NCBI GenBank assembly: GCA_019057385.1
Contig: JAHQJS010000007.1
Span: forward strand, 160,001-224,000
DNA: 64,000 nt
From: Candidatus Borrarchaeum weybense
GTDB taxonomy: Archaea > Asgardarchaeota > Sifarchaeia > Borrarchaeales > Borrarchaeaceae
Direction: 5' to 3'
Part shown: piece after piece, positions 1-9,038 of the stretch
How positions within the stretch are numbered: the first letter of the stretch is position 1
Layout: every line of letters starts with the position of its first letter
Program-made: the position numbers and the translations under genes
Notes under the pieces: generated by a model
The model's input: only the letters and a program-made list of their open reading frames with translations
The model's database searches: none
What the model was told of the DNA's origin: nothing

Positions 1-250
1 ATGTATCAAAATCCGCTTTGATCGTAAAATCTTCTGATTGTGCGCCATATTTATTGCCGAAGGCAAATTGATCAAAAGAAGTGAAGTCCATCGTCCCCAT
101 GTTCATTTTTAGCCCGTGGTCTAATGCTTTTTCAATAGCCTGCAATATTGCGGCGCGTCCCCTCATGATACCGTTTAAATCACAAAATTGGAATCTAACA
201 CTTTCGATATTTTTTTCTCTTATAATCTCAAGCACTGTATCTTTGCCCAT
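1..250 (-). CDS. Glutamine synthetase family protein, N-terminal part (runs off the window edge)
   Basis: Not in the ORF track. Manual translation from ATG at 250 gives MGKDTVLEIIREKNIESVRFQFCDLNGIMRGR...SEDFTIKADFDT, matching the GS beta-grasp pattern VRFQFxDxxGxxRG. Could be GlnA or a gamma-glutamylation (PuuA-like) paralog. Confidence 0.8.
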   Translation of the reverse strand, partial: MGKDTVLEIIREKNIESVRFQFCDLNGIMRGRAAILQAIEKALDHGLKMNMGTMDFTSFDQFAFGNKYGAQSEDFTIKADFDT

Positions 251-353
251 GCTTACAACCCCATCTTAGTATAAGTTGTAACCGATTCTTAGATTCTTTT
301 TAGTATCAAAATAAAGTGCTTAATAAGTGTATTTAATACACTCATCCATTTGT

Positions 354-1223
354 CTAATGCTGTTCGAAGAACTCGTAGATAAGATTGTTGACAGTATCTG
401 GTTGATCAGCACTAATTAAATGCCCAGTATTGAGTATCTCAATCTGGATATCAAGAACGTTTTTTGCAAGTTCCTTGACTTTTGCAGGATCACCCACCAA
501 ATTGTCTTTTTTGCCAAGAATCAACAGAACGGGGATACTTATACTTTGAAGCTGCTCAGGCGTAAATGGTATAGGAGCCGCTACTCTTGGCGTAGTTCCG
601 CTCATTACCAAGCCAAACCACTCACCACATGCTTCCAATACTCTGGGGTTATCTCCGAGAGCCCACCGGAGCATATCCTCCGGAGAAAACTGTGTATCGG
701 GCGACGCAGATTGCTCGATTTTTTGAATCGTGCTATCCGTGGCTGGTGTAACACCCATCGGGCCTAATAAAACAAGTTTCTTCACACGTTCAGGGGAATA
801 AAGAGCATAATTTGTTGCAATGAATCCTCCATTCGAGGCACCAATGACACAAGCATTTTCTATTCCAAGTTTATCGGATATTTCTGTATACAATTTACTC
901 AAGGCTTTGCCATCATTCGGGAAACTATCCAGATCATTTAAGACACTTTTCCCTACCTCTCCAAGGTTATCAATAGCATAGGTTAGATAGAACTTGCTTA
1001 ACCCTTCAATATTATAAAGCCATGATGAAGCAGACATTCCTGCGGCGTGAAGTAGCAAGACTGGAGGGGCATCTTTTGGTCCGCTAATAATGATATGCAC
1101 TTTTCCATAAGACGTATTTACAAAAGTGCTCTCATAAGGAACTGGCCATTGTTTAAGTCTTGCGTCATACATCGCCATGAGTCTTACTTCAAAATCAGGA
1201 GAATTGTAGATGGTTTTTGTCAT
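354..1223 (-). CDS. Alpha/beta-fold hydrolase (esterase/carboxylesterase-like)
   Basis: LLHA oxyanion region, GASNGG nucleophile elbow, GKKD acid and GH catalytic His. Confidence 0.9.
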   Translation of the reverse strand: MTKTIYNSPDFEVRLMAMYDARLKQWPVPYESTFVNTSYGKVHIIISGPKDAPPVLLLHAAGMSASSWLYNIEGLSKFYLTYAIDNLGEVGKSVLNDLDSFPNDGKALSKLYTEISDKLGIENACVIGASNGGFIATNYALYSPERVKKLVLLGPMGVTPATDSTIQKIEQSASPDTQFSPEDMLRWALGDNPRVLEACGEWFGLVMSGTTPRVAAPIPFTPEQLQSISIPVLLILGKKDNLVGDPAKVKELAKNVLDIQIEILNTGHLISADQPDTVNNLIYEFFEQH

Positions 1224-1381
1224 AATTTTACCTTCTGTAGACTTTGAATAGATGTAGAAATCTGATATATATCACATCTCCGCCATACAGCTACTAGAAT
1301 ATAAATAATTTTAGGTTGGTTTAAAAAACCAGAGGGGCTATTTGTATATGATCTAAGACAAGTATTTCAATAAAGACAGAC

Positions 1382-1942
1382 TTACTCTTCCTTAAATTTA
1401 ATAAGTGCTTCGCAGTAGGGATCTCCTTTAGAATATGATTTCGTAAACTTGAAAGTTAGTTTAGGATTAATTTCCTTTAATGCCTCTTGAGCAGGCTCTT
1501 CGTGGGCAGGCTGACATATAGTAAGCTCAGGCTTTATCCCAAACTCCTTATATCTTGCCCGCCACCCACAACTGCTTAATCTGATAACGGCTCTTTCTCT
1601 GCTTTCCTCGATTAATTCATACTCAGTCTCAGGGCCACTCTGCAATGTACCAACAACAGTGTGTAACTTAGCTGCGTCTATTGCATTCTCTACGGGTAGA
1701 TCGAACATTTCTTTAACTCGATGATGCAAATTCTTAACACTTTCACCCATTACCCTTATGACAATCTCTTTATACTTTTCCCAGCCCATGACGGGTGCAA
1801 AGACTCCTTCTCCCTTACCTAGAAGAGGAACAACAGTCTTCGATCCTCTTAGCAATGCAAAATTGAGCAGGGTTTTAGCGGTTATTGCCCAACACTTCTC
1901 AGGCGGGATCTTTTCCAATAACTCTTTAGATGTTTGCTTCAT
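1382..1942 (-). CDS. V4R / L-2-amino-thiazoline-4-carboxylate hydrolase-like protein, paralog 1
   Basis: CxW...C..xH...GDPYCE pattern shared with four neighbours. Confidence 0.7.
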   Translation of the reverse strand: MKQTSKELLEKIPPEKCWAITAKTLLNFALLRGSKTVVPLLGKGEGVFAPVMGWEKYKEIVIRVMGESVKNLHHRVKEMFDLPVENAIDAAKLHTVVGTLQSGPETEYELIEESRERAVIRLSSCGWRARYKEFGIKPELTICQPAHEEPAQEALKEINPKLTFKFTKSYSKGDPYCEALIKFKEE

Positions 1943-1973
1943 TTCTGTTTCACTCTTTGAACTGTTTGAAGGT

Positions 1974-2528
1974 TTATTCTTCCTTAAACTCGATGATGTC
2001 TTCGCAGTAGAAATCTCCTCTTGGTATTGTCTTCGCGAGTTTGTAACTTATATTGGGACTAATTGCCTTGAGTCCATCTTCCCGAAATGTTTGACAGGCT
2101 GGGTCGCAAGCTCTATGCTCAGGATCTACCTCTAACTCTTCATAAATCTCCCAGACTGTCGGACACTTTGTCACTCTGATACTGGCTCGTTCTTGGGTAG
2201 CTTCAATTATTTTAAACTTGCACTCAGGACCTGCCAGTAAAGTTACAGCAACTATGACTAATTTAGCAGCACCTACGGCATCCTCTACTGGTATGTTGTA
2301 AGTCTCTTTAACATATGGAAACATCTGCTTACCACCGTCACTATATATCTTATCGTTTATCTCCTTCCACTTTTCCGCACCCATGACCGGTGCGATGATC
2401 CCTTCCCCCCTACCTAAAATAGCTGCGATGATTTTATCCCCTCTCAGAATTGTGAATCTCCAGAGAGTTTTAGCGGTTATTGCCCAACACTTCTCAGCTG
2501 GCATCATCTCCAAAAACTCTTCAACCAT
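1974..2528 (-). CDS. V4R / ATC-hydrolase-like protein, paralog 2
   Basis: TKCP...ACDPAC...RGDFYCE; GGTGA RBS upstream. Confidence 0.7.
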   Translation of the reverse strand: MVEEFLEMMPAEKCWAITAKTLWRFTILRGDKIIAAILGRGEGIIAPVMGAEKWKEINDKIYSDGGKQMFPYVKETYNIPVEDAVGAAKLVIVAVTLLAGPECKFKIIEATQERASIRVTKCPTVWEIYEELEVDPEHRACDPACQTFREDGLKAISPNISYKLAKTIPRGDFYCEDIIEFKEE

Positions 2529-2697
2529 TCAACTTCACCATTTCTCGAACTTTCATTTATCCTTTGAAGAGTATTTGTATATACTCTTGTACTTTTTATA
2601 CTTTCAATTAAAATTGAATTGAGAAAACTACAGCGTTATGGGTGTAGAAGAATACAATAACTATCTAAAAGAATGCATTTTACAGGTAGCTAAGCAA

Positions 2698-2729
2698 GAA
2701 AGCCCACTGCTTTAGCTGTGAGTAGTTAC
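2698..2729 (+). mobile_element. Remnant of an IS200/IS605 right end (omega-RNA 3' hairpin)
   Basis: GAAAGCCCACTGCTTTAGCTGTGAGTAGTTAC resembles the right end of the intact element, GAAGCCCCATCCTTCAGGGTGGGGTAGTTCAC (35854-35885). Confidence 0.6.
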
Positions 2730-3121
2730 TGAGTGCTCCAAAATCCTCTTTCGAGGCGAATCACTTTTCCCATAATTTTTGAAGGATCTATGCGCTTCAA
2801 GAACTGTTCAAGAATTTGACCTGCATGAGCGTCTGTTGCAGGATGAATCATAACTACAATGATACCCAAGTGATCTTTTCTCGAAGGATACAAAAAATCT
2901 CTGTCGTGAGTGATTAAGATGAATCCTTTAGAGGTAGCATACTCTAATAGCTCGCTATTCTTCGATCCAAGAAGTCTTAGCGTCTTTACTGACTCTACAA
3001 TGAGGCCTTGTTTTTTGAGCCGTTGTAAAGTCTTATGAGACACATCTTCATCCAGAAGAAATTTAAGGGGCAACAAAAGGGGAAATCTCCTCTCCTTCAA
3101 CGAATTGTCTAGCAAATGCAA
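2726..3121 (-). CDS. PIN-domain toxin, DUF5615/VapC45-like (true start probably near 3072)
   Basis: KFLLDEDV at the N-terminus and ILITHDRDF motif; overlaps the DUF433 gene. Confidence 0.85.
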   Translation of the reverse strand: MHLLDNSLKERRFPLLLPLKFLLDEDVSHKTLQRLKKQGLIVESVKTLRLLGSKNSELLEYATSKGFILITHDRDFLYPSRKDHLGIIVVMIHPATDAHAGQILEQFLKRIDPSKIMGKVIRLERGFWSTQ

Positions 3122-3296
3122 TGCAAGCCTTCACATCATCTTCTTTGATATGAGGATATTCTTCCAGAATTTCAGGAATTGTTAAACCATGCTCCAGCAT
3201 TTCAAGAATGATGTATACTGGAATTCGGGTTCCTCGGATGCATGGTTTGCCATGTTGGATCTCTGGATCAATCGAAATTCTTTTTTCAAGATCCAT
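3063..3296 (-). CDS. DUF433 family antitoxin (VapB45-like)
   Basis: RISIDPEIQHGKPCIRGTRIPV...EILEEYP..DVKACI signature; GGAGG RBS. Confidence 0.92.
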   Translation of the reverse strand: MDLEKRISIDPEIQHGKPCIRGTRIPVYIILEMLEHGLTIPEILEEYPHIKEDDVKACIAFARQFVEGEEISPFVAP

Positions 3297-3433
3297 TTCG
3301 ATACCTCCGTTTATCTATCTTAAATATCATCTCGGACGAGTTTGATATATTCTTCTTTGTTGCTAATCTTATCAACTTTTCGCATCTACACGTAATAATC
3401 CTTTCATATAATTTCTTTCTTGTTTACCATCCT

Positions 3434-3916
3434 TTATTCTTCTATCTTGTATACATATTCACAATAAGAATCCCCAGCACACATTCCTTTAGGTCGTTCA
3501 ACAGTAGCCTTTGGATTTATCGTCTTAACAACAATATTAAAGAAGATTAAGACCCAATCGCTGATATCTTTGGGATCTGTTTTCCATGCACACCCAATAG
3601 GGACTCTAACTCTACAGAATGTTTTAGACTGCTCAAGTTGAGTATATCCTTCTGTCCCAATGAGCTCATTAAAGATGACAAACCACTTATATATTGCGTT
3701 CATATCGTTGTCCTCTATTTTAAAGACATCTTTAAGGGTAGTGGTCATATTCTTTACTCTATCTTCCCTTTTCCAGATTTTTTCATAAAATTCAAGTGCT
3801 GCAGCTGCACCATCTTTCTCGCGGATCTCATACATAACTCCTTTGAATAAGGTTGTCAGCATTCCCCGAATAAATTTGTATTTGAGTTCCCAAGGAATCG
3901 CCAGTGTCTTAGCCAT
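3434..3916 (-). CDS. V4R / ATC-hydrolase-like protein, divergent paralog 3
   Basis: GCAW...KGMCAGDSYCEY; lacks the GKGEG..PV insert and the middle Cys of its siblings. Confidence 0.65.
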   Translation of the reverse strand: MAKTLAIPWELKYKFIRGMLTTLFKGVMYEIREKDGAAAALEFYEKIWKREDRVKNMTTTLKDVFKIEDNDMNAIYKWFVIFNELIGTEGYTQLEQSKTFCRVRVPIGCAWKTDPKDISDWVLIFFNIVVKTINPKATVERPKGMCAGDSYCEYVYKIEE

Positions 3917-3952
3917 ATTCTCATTTACCTCTAAAATTTGATTCGAAAAAGT

Positions 3953-4522
3953 TTACTCTTCCTTAAACTCGTAGACTCCCTCGCAGTACGGATCTCCTCT
4001 TAGTCGTGACTTAGTGAGTGTGTAAATTATCTTAGATTTAATTGCCTTGTGTCCCTCTTCACCCACTGTTTGATGGCCAGCCTCGCAAGGGATAAAAGCA
4101 GGGTCAGCCTCATGTTCTTTATAGTTCTCCCAGAGCGCACACTTAGTCCATCTGACTACGGCTCTTTCTGGGGTTGCCTCGACTAATGTATACGTGGTCT
4201 CAGGGCCAAACATTAATACTGCAACGATAATGACTAATTTAGCTGCATCTATTGCGTCCTTTACTGGTATGTTGAATGTTTCCTTAACCATGGGAAACAT
4301 CATCTTAGCACCATCACCAAATATCTTCACGCCTATCTCTATCCACTTTTCCTCGCTCCAAAGAGGCGAGATGAACCCCTCACTCCTCCCCAAATCAGGA
4401 GCGATGATAGCCTCCCCTCTCATTACTAAGAAATCGGTAAGAGCTTTAGCAGTTATTGTCCAGCACTTCTCAACTGGAATCTTCTGCAATAACTCTTTTG
4501 ATGTCTCCCCCATCCATTTCAC
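3953..4522 (-). CDS. V4R / ATC-hydrolase-like protein, paralog 4
   Basis: TKCALW...PCEAGH...RGDPYCE. Confidence 0.7.
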   Translation of the reverse strand: MKWMGETSKELLQKIPVEKCWTITAKALTDFLVMRGEAIIAPDLGRSEGFISPLWSEEKWIEIGVKIFGDGAKMMFPMVKETFNIPVKDAIDAAKLVIIVAVLMFGPETTYTLVEATPERAVVRWTKCALWENYKEHEADPAFIPCEAGHQTVGEEGHKAIKSKIIYTLTKSRLRGDPYCEGVYEFKEE

Positions 4523-4542
4523 CTTTCGAGCTATCTAAAGAT

Positions 4543-5094
4543 CTACTCGTCCTTAAATTCGTAGATGTCTTCGCAGTATGGGTCTCCTTTTGGCATTGCT
4601 TTCGTAAGTTTATGGGTTATCTTAGGATTGATAGCCTTGAGTCCTCCTTGAACCCATGTTTCATGGACAGGATAGCAGGACATAACTTCGTGATTTACTT
4701 CCTGTTCTTTCCACCTATTCATCCAAGGACACTTGGTAGTTCTAACTATGGTTTTGTCTTTGCTTTTTTGGACTATTTCACGCTCCCACTCATCGCCGAA
4801 CGCTAAACTTGCAACGACCGAGACTATTTTAGCCGCTCCTATTGCATCATCCACTGGTATATTGAACATTTCTTTAAACAATGGATATAAACGCATTCCT
4901 CCTTCTTCACCCCAGGCCTTATTTGTTAACTCTTGAAACCTTTCTGCACCTAAAACAGGCGAGATAATCCCTTCACCCTTACCCATTTCGGTCGCAACCC
5001 GTTTCTCCCCTCTCAATAATGCAAATGTTTCAAGAATTTTGGCGGTTATTGCCCATCGCTTCTCAGGTGGAATCTTCTCCAATAACTCCCCCAT
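4543..5094 (-). CDS. V4R / ATC-hydrolase-like protein, paralog 5
   Basis: TKCPW...SCYPVH...KGDPYCE; GGTGA RBS. Confidence 0.7.
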   Translation of the reverse strand: MGELLEKIPPEKRWAITAKILETFALLRGEKRVATEMGKGEGIISPVLGAERFQELTNKAWGEEGGMRLYPLFKEMFNIPVDDAIGAAKIVSVVASLAFGDEWEREIVQKSKDKTIVRTTKCPWMNRWKEQEVNHEVMSCYPVHETWVQGGLKAINPKITHKLTKAMPKGDPYCEDIYEFKDE

Positions 5095-5489
5095 TAAAGT
5101 TCACCATTTTTTTAGTTAGTTTTCGCAAGTTTTCTGAAAAGTATATATGTGTACACTTCTCTTTTTTATATTTGACTTGAAATACACAAAATGTACTTAT
5201 TTGAATAGTGACTTTTCTAGTAAAAGAATCATTAAAACCAAAAAATTTTGTTGAATTTCTCTTTTAGAAGGTTCATAGCGTCTTCAAGATGTTGAATAAA
5301 ATCTTGACTTGCATAAAAAGTCAATTTCACGCAACTTAATATCATCCCAGAACACTATCTAAATGTTTCATTTTGTAATAATTTCTGGGAAGATGACTTA
5401 AGACTCTACATGAAATATGTAGCAAGAATGAATCTCTTGTTGGGGATTGTTAAGTCACTAATGCGTAGAAGAAGAGGAGGACACTAAAT

Positions 5490-5987
5490 ATGAAACAAAC
5501 AAGTAAGATGGGTTTTCTGTTCTTCATCGCTAGTATTTTATCAGTTCTGGCGTTCCCCTGCAATCCACTGATTATATTCAAGGTTATTGACCCAAATAAT
5601 ATTGAAGTATTATTGTATGTTGGCTGGATATTCATTGCAGTCAGTATAACTCTGATATCTCTGTCTTACTATTCTATTTTCTTCCGCAAATTAAATGTCT
5701 TAATTGATAGTGGAATTTACGCAATTGTTCGACATCCCATGTATCTGGGTTGGATTTTAGGGATATTTGTTGCCACCATTTTCTTGTATCAACATTGGAT
5801 ATTTGTGATTATTGGAATTCCTGGAATAGCCAGTCTCTACTTAATCTCAAGACAAGAAGAACAGCGCAACATTGGAAGGTTTGGTGATGACTACAAACAC
5901 TATATGCAAAAGGTACCAAGAATGAATCTTGTGGTGGGAATTATTAGGCAGGTACGACGTAGAAAAAAGAATGAAAATGACAGATAA
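5490..5987 (+). CDS. Isoprenylcysteine carboxyl methyltransferase / PEMT family membrane protein
   Basis: GIYAIVRHPMYLG and EE..L/N..RFG..Y..Y...VPR motifs; several TM segments; GAGGAGG RBS. Confidence 0.85.
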   Translation: MKQTSKMGFLFFIASILSVLAFPCNPLIIFKVIDPNNIEVLLYVGWIFIAVSITLISLSYYSIFFRKLNVLIDSGIYAIVRHPMYLGWILGIFVATIFLYQHWIFVIIGIPGIASLYLISRQEEQRNIGRFGDDYKHYMQKVPRMNLVVGIIRQVRRRKKNENDR

Positions 5988-6215
5988 TAGAGTCCGGAGT
6001 TCATTGGAAACAGCGATATTAATGAATGGGTGAAGGAAGTTTACACCAATCTCTTTTATGATTTCATTTCATGAACCTAAGTAGACGTTATATTCGCCTC
6101 TAAACTTGTCTATTATTTATCGATTACTTTCACCGATCTCTCTGTCATCCCTTTTATTATCGTTTTTTATAATATTAATTATTCAATTGTTGTTGAACAA
6201 AAGGTGAAAATAGAA

Positions 6216-6368
6216 ATGGTAGTAGAAGCATGTGAAATTCAGCATATGTTTTGTCCACAATGTGGAGACCCGTTATATCTTAGAGTTTGGGTAAATAAAG
6301 AACAAAGACTGAAGAAAGTTTTTGTCTGTTCCTCATGTCCCTATGTGAAAGATAAGAGTACCATTTAA
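6216..6368 (+). CDS. Small Zn-ribbon protein, 50 aa (below the ORF-track cutoff)
   Basis: Manual translation MVVEACEIQHMFCPQCGDPLYLRVWVNKEQRLKKVFVCSSCPYVKDKSTI has two CxxC pairs; AAGGTGA RBS at 6201-6207. Confidence 0.7.
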   Translation: MVVEACEIQHMFCPQCGDPLYLRVWVNKEQRLKKVFVCSSCPYVKDKSTI

Positions 6369-6410
6369 CTTATACAACGAGAAGCCCTATCTGTTAGTGG
6401 GGTAGTTCTT
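6369..6410 (+). mobile_element. Decayed single-hairpin IS605-derived mini-element
   Basis: TTTAA|CTTATACAACGAGAAGCCCTATCTGTTAGTGGGGTAGTTC. The first 16 nt match the copy at 53987-54033 at 12/16 positions, all differences being A/G transitions. Confidence 0.6.
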
Positions 6411-6633
6411 GAATATCTTGAACTACTTCATCTGCGTTTCCAATAGTCCTTAAATCGTCTCCGTTTAATTTCTCTAATATCTTACTCATTTTTTGGTCAT
6501 TCTCAATAGAAATTCAAAATGTCACAATATCACTTTTTATAAAACAAGTCAATTAGGTTAATTTCAATATAACTTAATTGAGGGGATTGAAATAGAAACC
6601 GAAACTCTCTATCCAGAAGGATTAGTAAAGTTA

Positions 6634-7671
6634 TTGTCTCCTTTTGTGCAGGATAAATTAAATGAAACTCAAGAATTGCTAGACGAATTGCAATCAATAA
6701 TTCGTCCAACTACTCCTCCTCATCTAAGGGATGCTTATGCAAGGATCAGCAAAACATACGACACTGTTATTGATCTAAAAGATAAATATCTCTCCCAAAT
6801 TCACGAAACAATAAAGTACATACCAGAATTAGAAGCCATAAAAGCGTTTCTTATGAACCAGGATCTTAGATCTGACAAAATTTTCTTCGATAATAAATTT
6901 AATGAAGCACAGCAAGCTGTGAATCGATCAAAGTTATTGATAGATCAAGTTATTGATGAAATTACTACTTCTAAAGGAATTGAATGGATTATGTATGCTG
7001 ATAGGTTCCTCATAGGTGCTGAATCGTTTTTAGAGATGGCCCGTTTACAAAATGTTTCAGCATATCGTCAAATTGTCGATAGTTATGCTTCAAGCTATTG
7101 TATCCATCTTTTTGAGAGATTTCTTGAACTTGCAAAAAACGATCAAACAGGAGTTCAACTTCGTAGAAAAAAGCAGCCTCTCATTAATATTGCTCACTCC
7201 TTGATAAAGCATGTTGAAGCAAGTGCGAGTAATATGAATCTCTCAAAAACTATATTTCAAAATAGAGAGAAGGAAGACCTGCGTGTTGATTTAGTTTACG
7301 TAATGTTGCCCTCTATGCACAGCTATATTACTGAAAAAGCTTATTTTCATGCAATTAATACAAGTATAGATTCGTACAATAAGCTTATTTACATTAAAAC
7401 CTTAAGTGACAAGAAAACGTCAACACAAATAGTAAATGAAAACAAGATTAAACAAAGTCAATTCGTGGGTTTAATTTATGCACTTCATGATGAGGGAGGG
7501 AATTTTTGGGGGATCCTACCCCTTTATTCTTATGAAGTGGCAGAATTGAAAGCTAAAACATACTTTCAAGCAAATAAACTGTTGGCATCTGGTGTTTTAT
7601 CAAGTACCATATTTATTGAGACGCTAAAGCAACATTTATTAGACACTGAAAGCTCAGTTTATTATGCCTAA
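6634..7671 (+). CDS. Hypothetical protein (predominantly helical)
   Basis: 345-codon ORF in AT-rich DNA; no motif recognised; start uncertain. Confidence 0.7.
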   Translation: MSPFVQDKLNETQELLDELQSIIRPTTPPHLRDAYARISKTYDTVIDLKDKYLSQIHETIKYIPELEAIKAFLMNQDLRSDKIFFDNKFNEAQQAVNRSKLLIDQVIDEITTSKGIEWIMYADRFLIGAESFLEMARLQNVSAYRQIVDSYASSYCIHLFERFLELAKNDQTGVQLRRKKQPLINIAHSLIKHVEASASNMNLSKTIFQNREKEDLRVDLVYVMLPSMHSYITEKAYFHAINTSIDSYNKLIYIKTLSDKKTSTQIVNENKIKQSQFVGLIYALHDEGGNFWGILPLYSYEVAELKAKTYFQANKLLASGVLSSTIFIETLKQHLLDTESSVYYA

Positions 7672-7696
7672 CCTTTTAAAAAAAGAAAAAGTGTTT

Positions 7697-9037
7697 TTAG
7701 AATCTAAAGCCTTGTAATATCTTTGCTAAGATCTTTGCAGCTTCTTTTAGGCCTGAGCCAAAATTGGCAGTTTGCCTAGTCATCTTATGGACTACTGCAA
7801 GTTTTGAAGGATCTATTTTTTTAACTAACGCTGCAGCATCAGTGGTTTTTAAGAGTTTTGAGCCAATATCAACCGATGACACTCCTGGTAATACCCATTT
7901 TGCTATTGCTGGGATTTTACCTTTTTGAAGTGTTGTACCCAATTTGCTGAGTATTTTTGGATCTATCTTCATTTGACTAAGAAGTTCGCTGCTTACTGAA
8001 CCTAATTGAGTTAATGCTGGAGTTAATTCTTCAAGTCTTTGAACGGGAATGCTTGCAAGTTTTCCCTCGATTTGAGTGAAAATCGAATCAGTTACATCTG
8101 CAACTTTTGTTAAATTTTCATGAATTCTATCGAGGGATTGTCCTCCAATTTTTTCACGAAGCGTTTGAGAGATATTCACATAAATAGACTCAGCTTCTGG
8201 AATAATTGATTTTAATTGATATGCAGCTTCTGGCAGAATTGTTCCTGCATTCTTTGCTTCTTTAATCAGGCTTTGGACGGAATCTGAAATCTCTTTGAAC
8301 GAATTGATTAGTAAAGGACTAATCTGCTGAGTCATTTGGTCAATGCTCGCATTAATTTGACCAAATAACGTGTCTATATTTTGGAGGTTAAGTCCTTCTG
8401 GAATTTTCAGGTCTCTGGCAATTTTTTCGACTGTTGATGCAATCTCTTGTGATTGAGTAGCTATACGTTTGGTAAGATTTGTGTCTAGAAGTTCAGAAAG
8501 TTCTTTTGGGATACCTTTCAATATGAATTGGGTCTGAGAGGACAAATATTGCAGAAATGGGACTATTTTCGGATCAACTATACCTTTTCGAATATTTGTC
8601 CGTATTAATCTGGATAGTCTATAATTTGATAGACGCAGTAAATAGAAAATACTCCATCCACACCACCAACCGCCCCAAGGTCGCCAAATTAAGAATATCC
8701 ATGGGAAATAGTGATCATCTCGTCGTCGATAACCGAAATTTGTTGTATAAACAACCCTCGTTAATAGAGATATTAGTTGATTCAGCGTCCAGTACAAATA
8801 AGAAACTAAATTAGCATCTTTTGGTAATTGTTGGGACATCCAACCAAGATATTCTGCAAAGGCTTCGATTTGGTTGATGATTTGTTCATTTACTTTTCCT
8901 CGTAAAAAATTAGTCATACTTCTTGTGCGATCAGTTAATGTTTGGAGTGTTCTAAGAGCTGAATGTGTGATACCTTGATGATAGAGTTCTGAATAGTTCT
9001 TTGATAAACTGTTAATAAGATCATTCCACTCTTTCAT
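7697..9037 (-). CDS. Hypothetical helical protein with a Trp-rich segment
   Basis: ORF track gives 7697-9076; the more likely start is ATG 9037 after a GAGGAG RBS, coupled to the CBS gene stop. Amphipathic helical C-terminal half. Confidence 0.75.
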   Translation of the reverse strand: MKEWNDLINSLSKNYSELYHQGITHSALRTLQTLTDRTRSMTNFLRGKVNEQIINQIEAFAEYLGWMSQQLPKDANLVSYLYWTLNQLISLLTRVVYTTNFGYRRRDDHYFPWIFLIWRPWGGWWCGWSIFYLLRLSNYRLSRLIRTNIRKGIVDPKIVPFLQYLSSQTQFILKGIPKELSELLDTNLTKRIATQSQEIASTVEKIARDLKIPEGLNLQNIDTLFGQINASIDQMTQQISPLLINSFKEISDSVQSLIKEAKNAGTILPEAAYQLKSIIPEAESIYVNISQTLREKIGGQSLDRIHENLTKVADVTDSIFTQIEGKLASIPVQRLEELTPALTQLGSVSSELLSQMKIDPKILSKLGTTLQKGKIPAIAKWVLPGVSSVDIGSKLLKTTDAAALVKKIDPSKLAVVHKMTRQTANFGSGLKEAAKILAKILQGFRF

Positions 9038-9038
9038 T

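Noticed and set aside
5490-5987. ICMT-family gene as evidence for prenylation of the small GTPases
   Set aside because: The family is widespread in prokaryotes, and neither GTPase has a C-terminal Cys motif.
6216-6410. Zn-ribbon ORF as a TnpB C-terminal remnant
   Set aside because: It has its own RBS and start, lacks the TS before and the RD.NA after the ribbon, and the adjacent IS-like sequence is better explained as a mini-element inserted at TTTAA.
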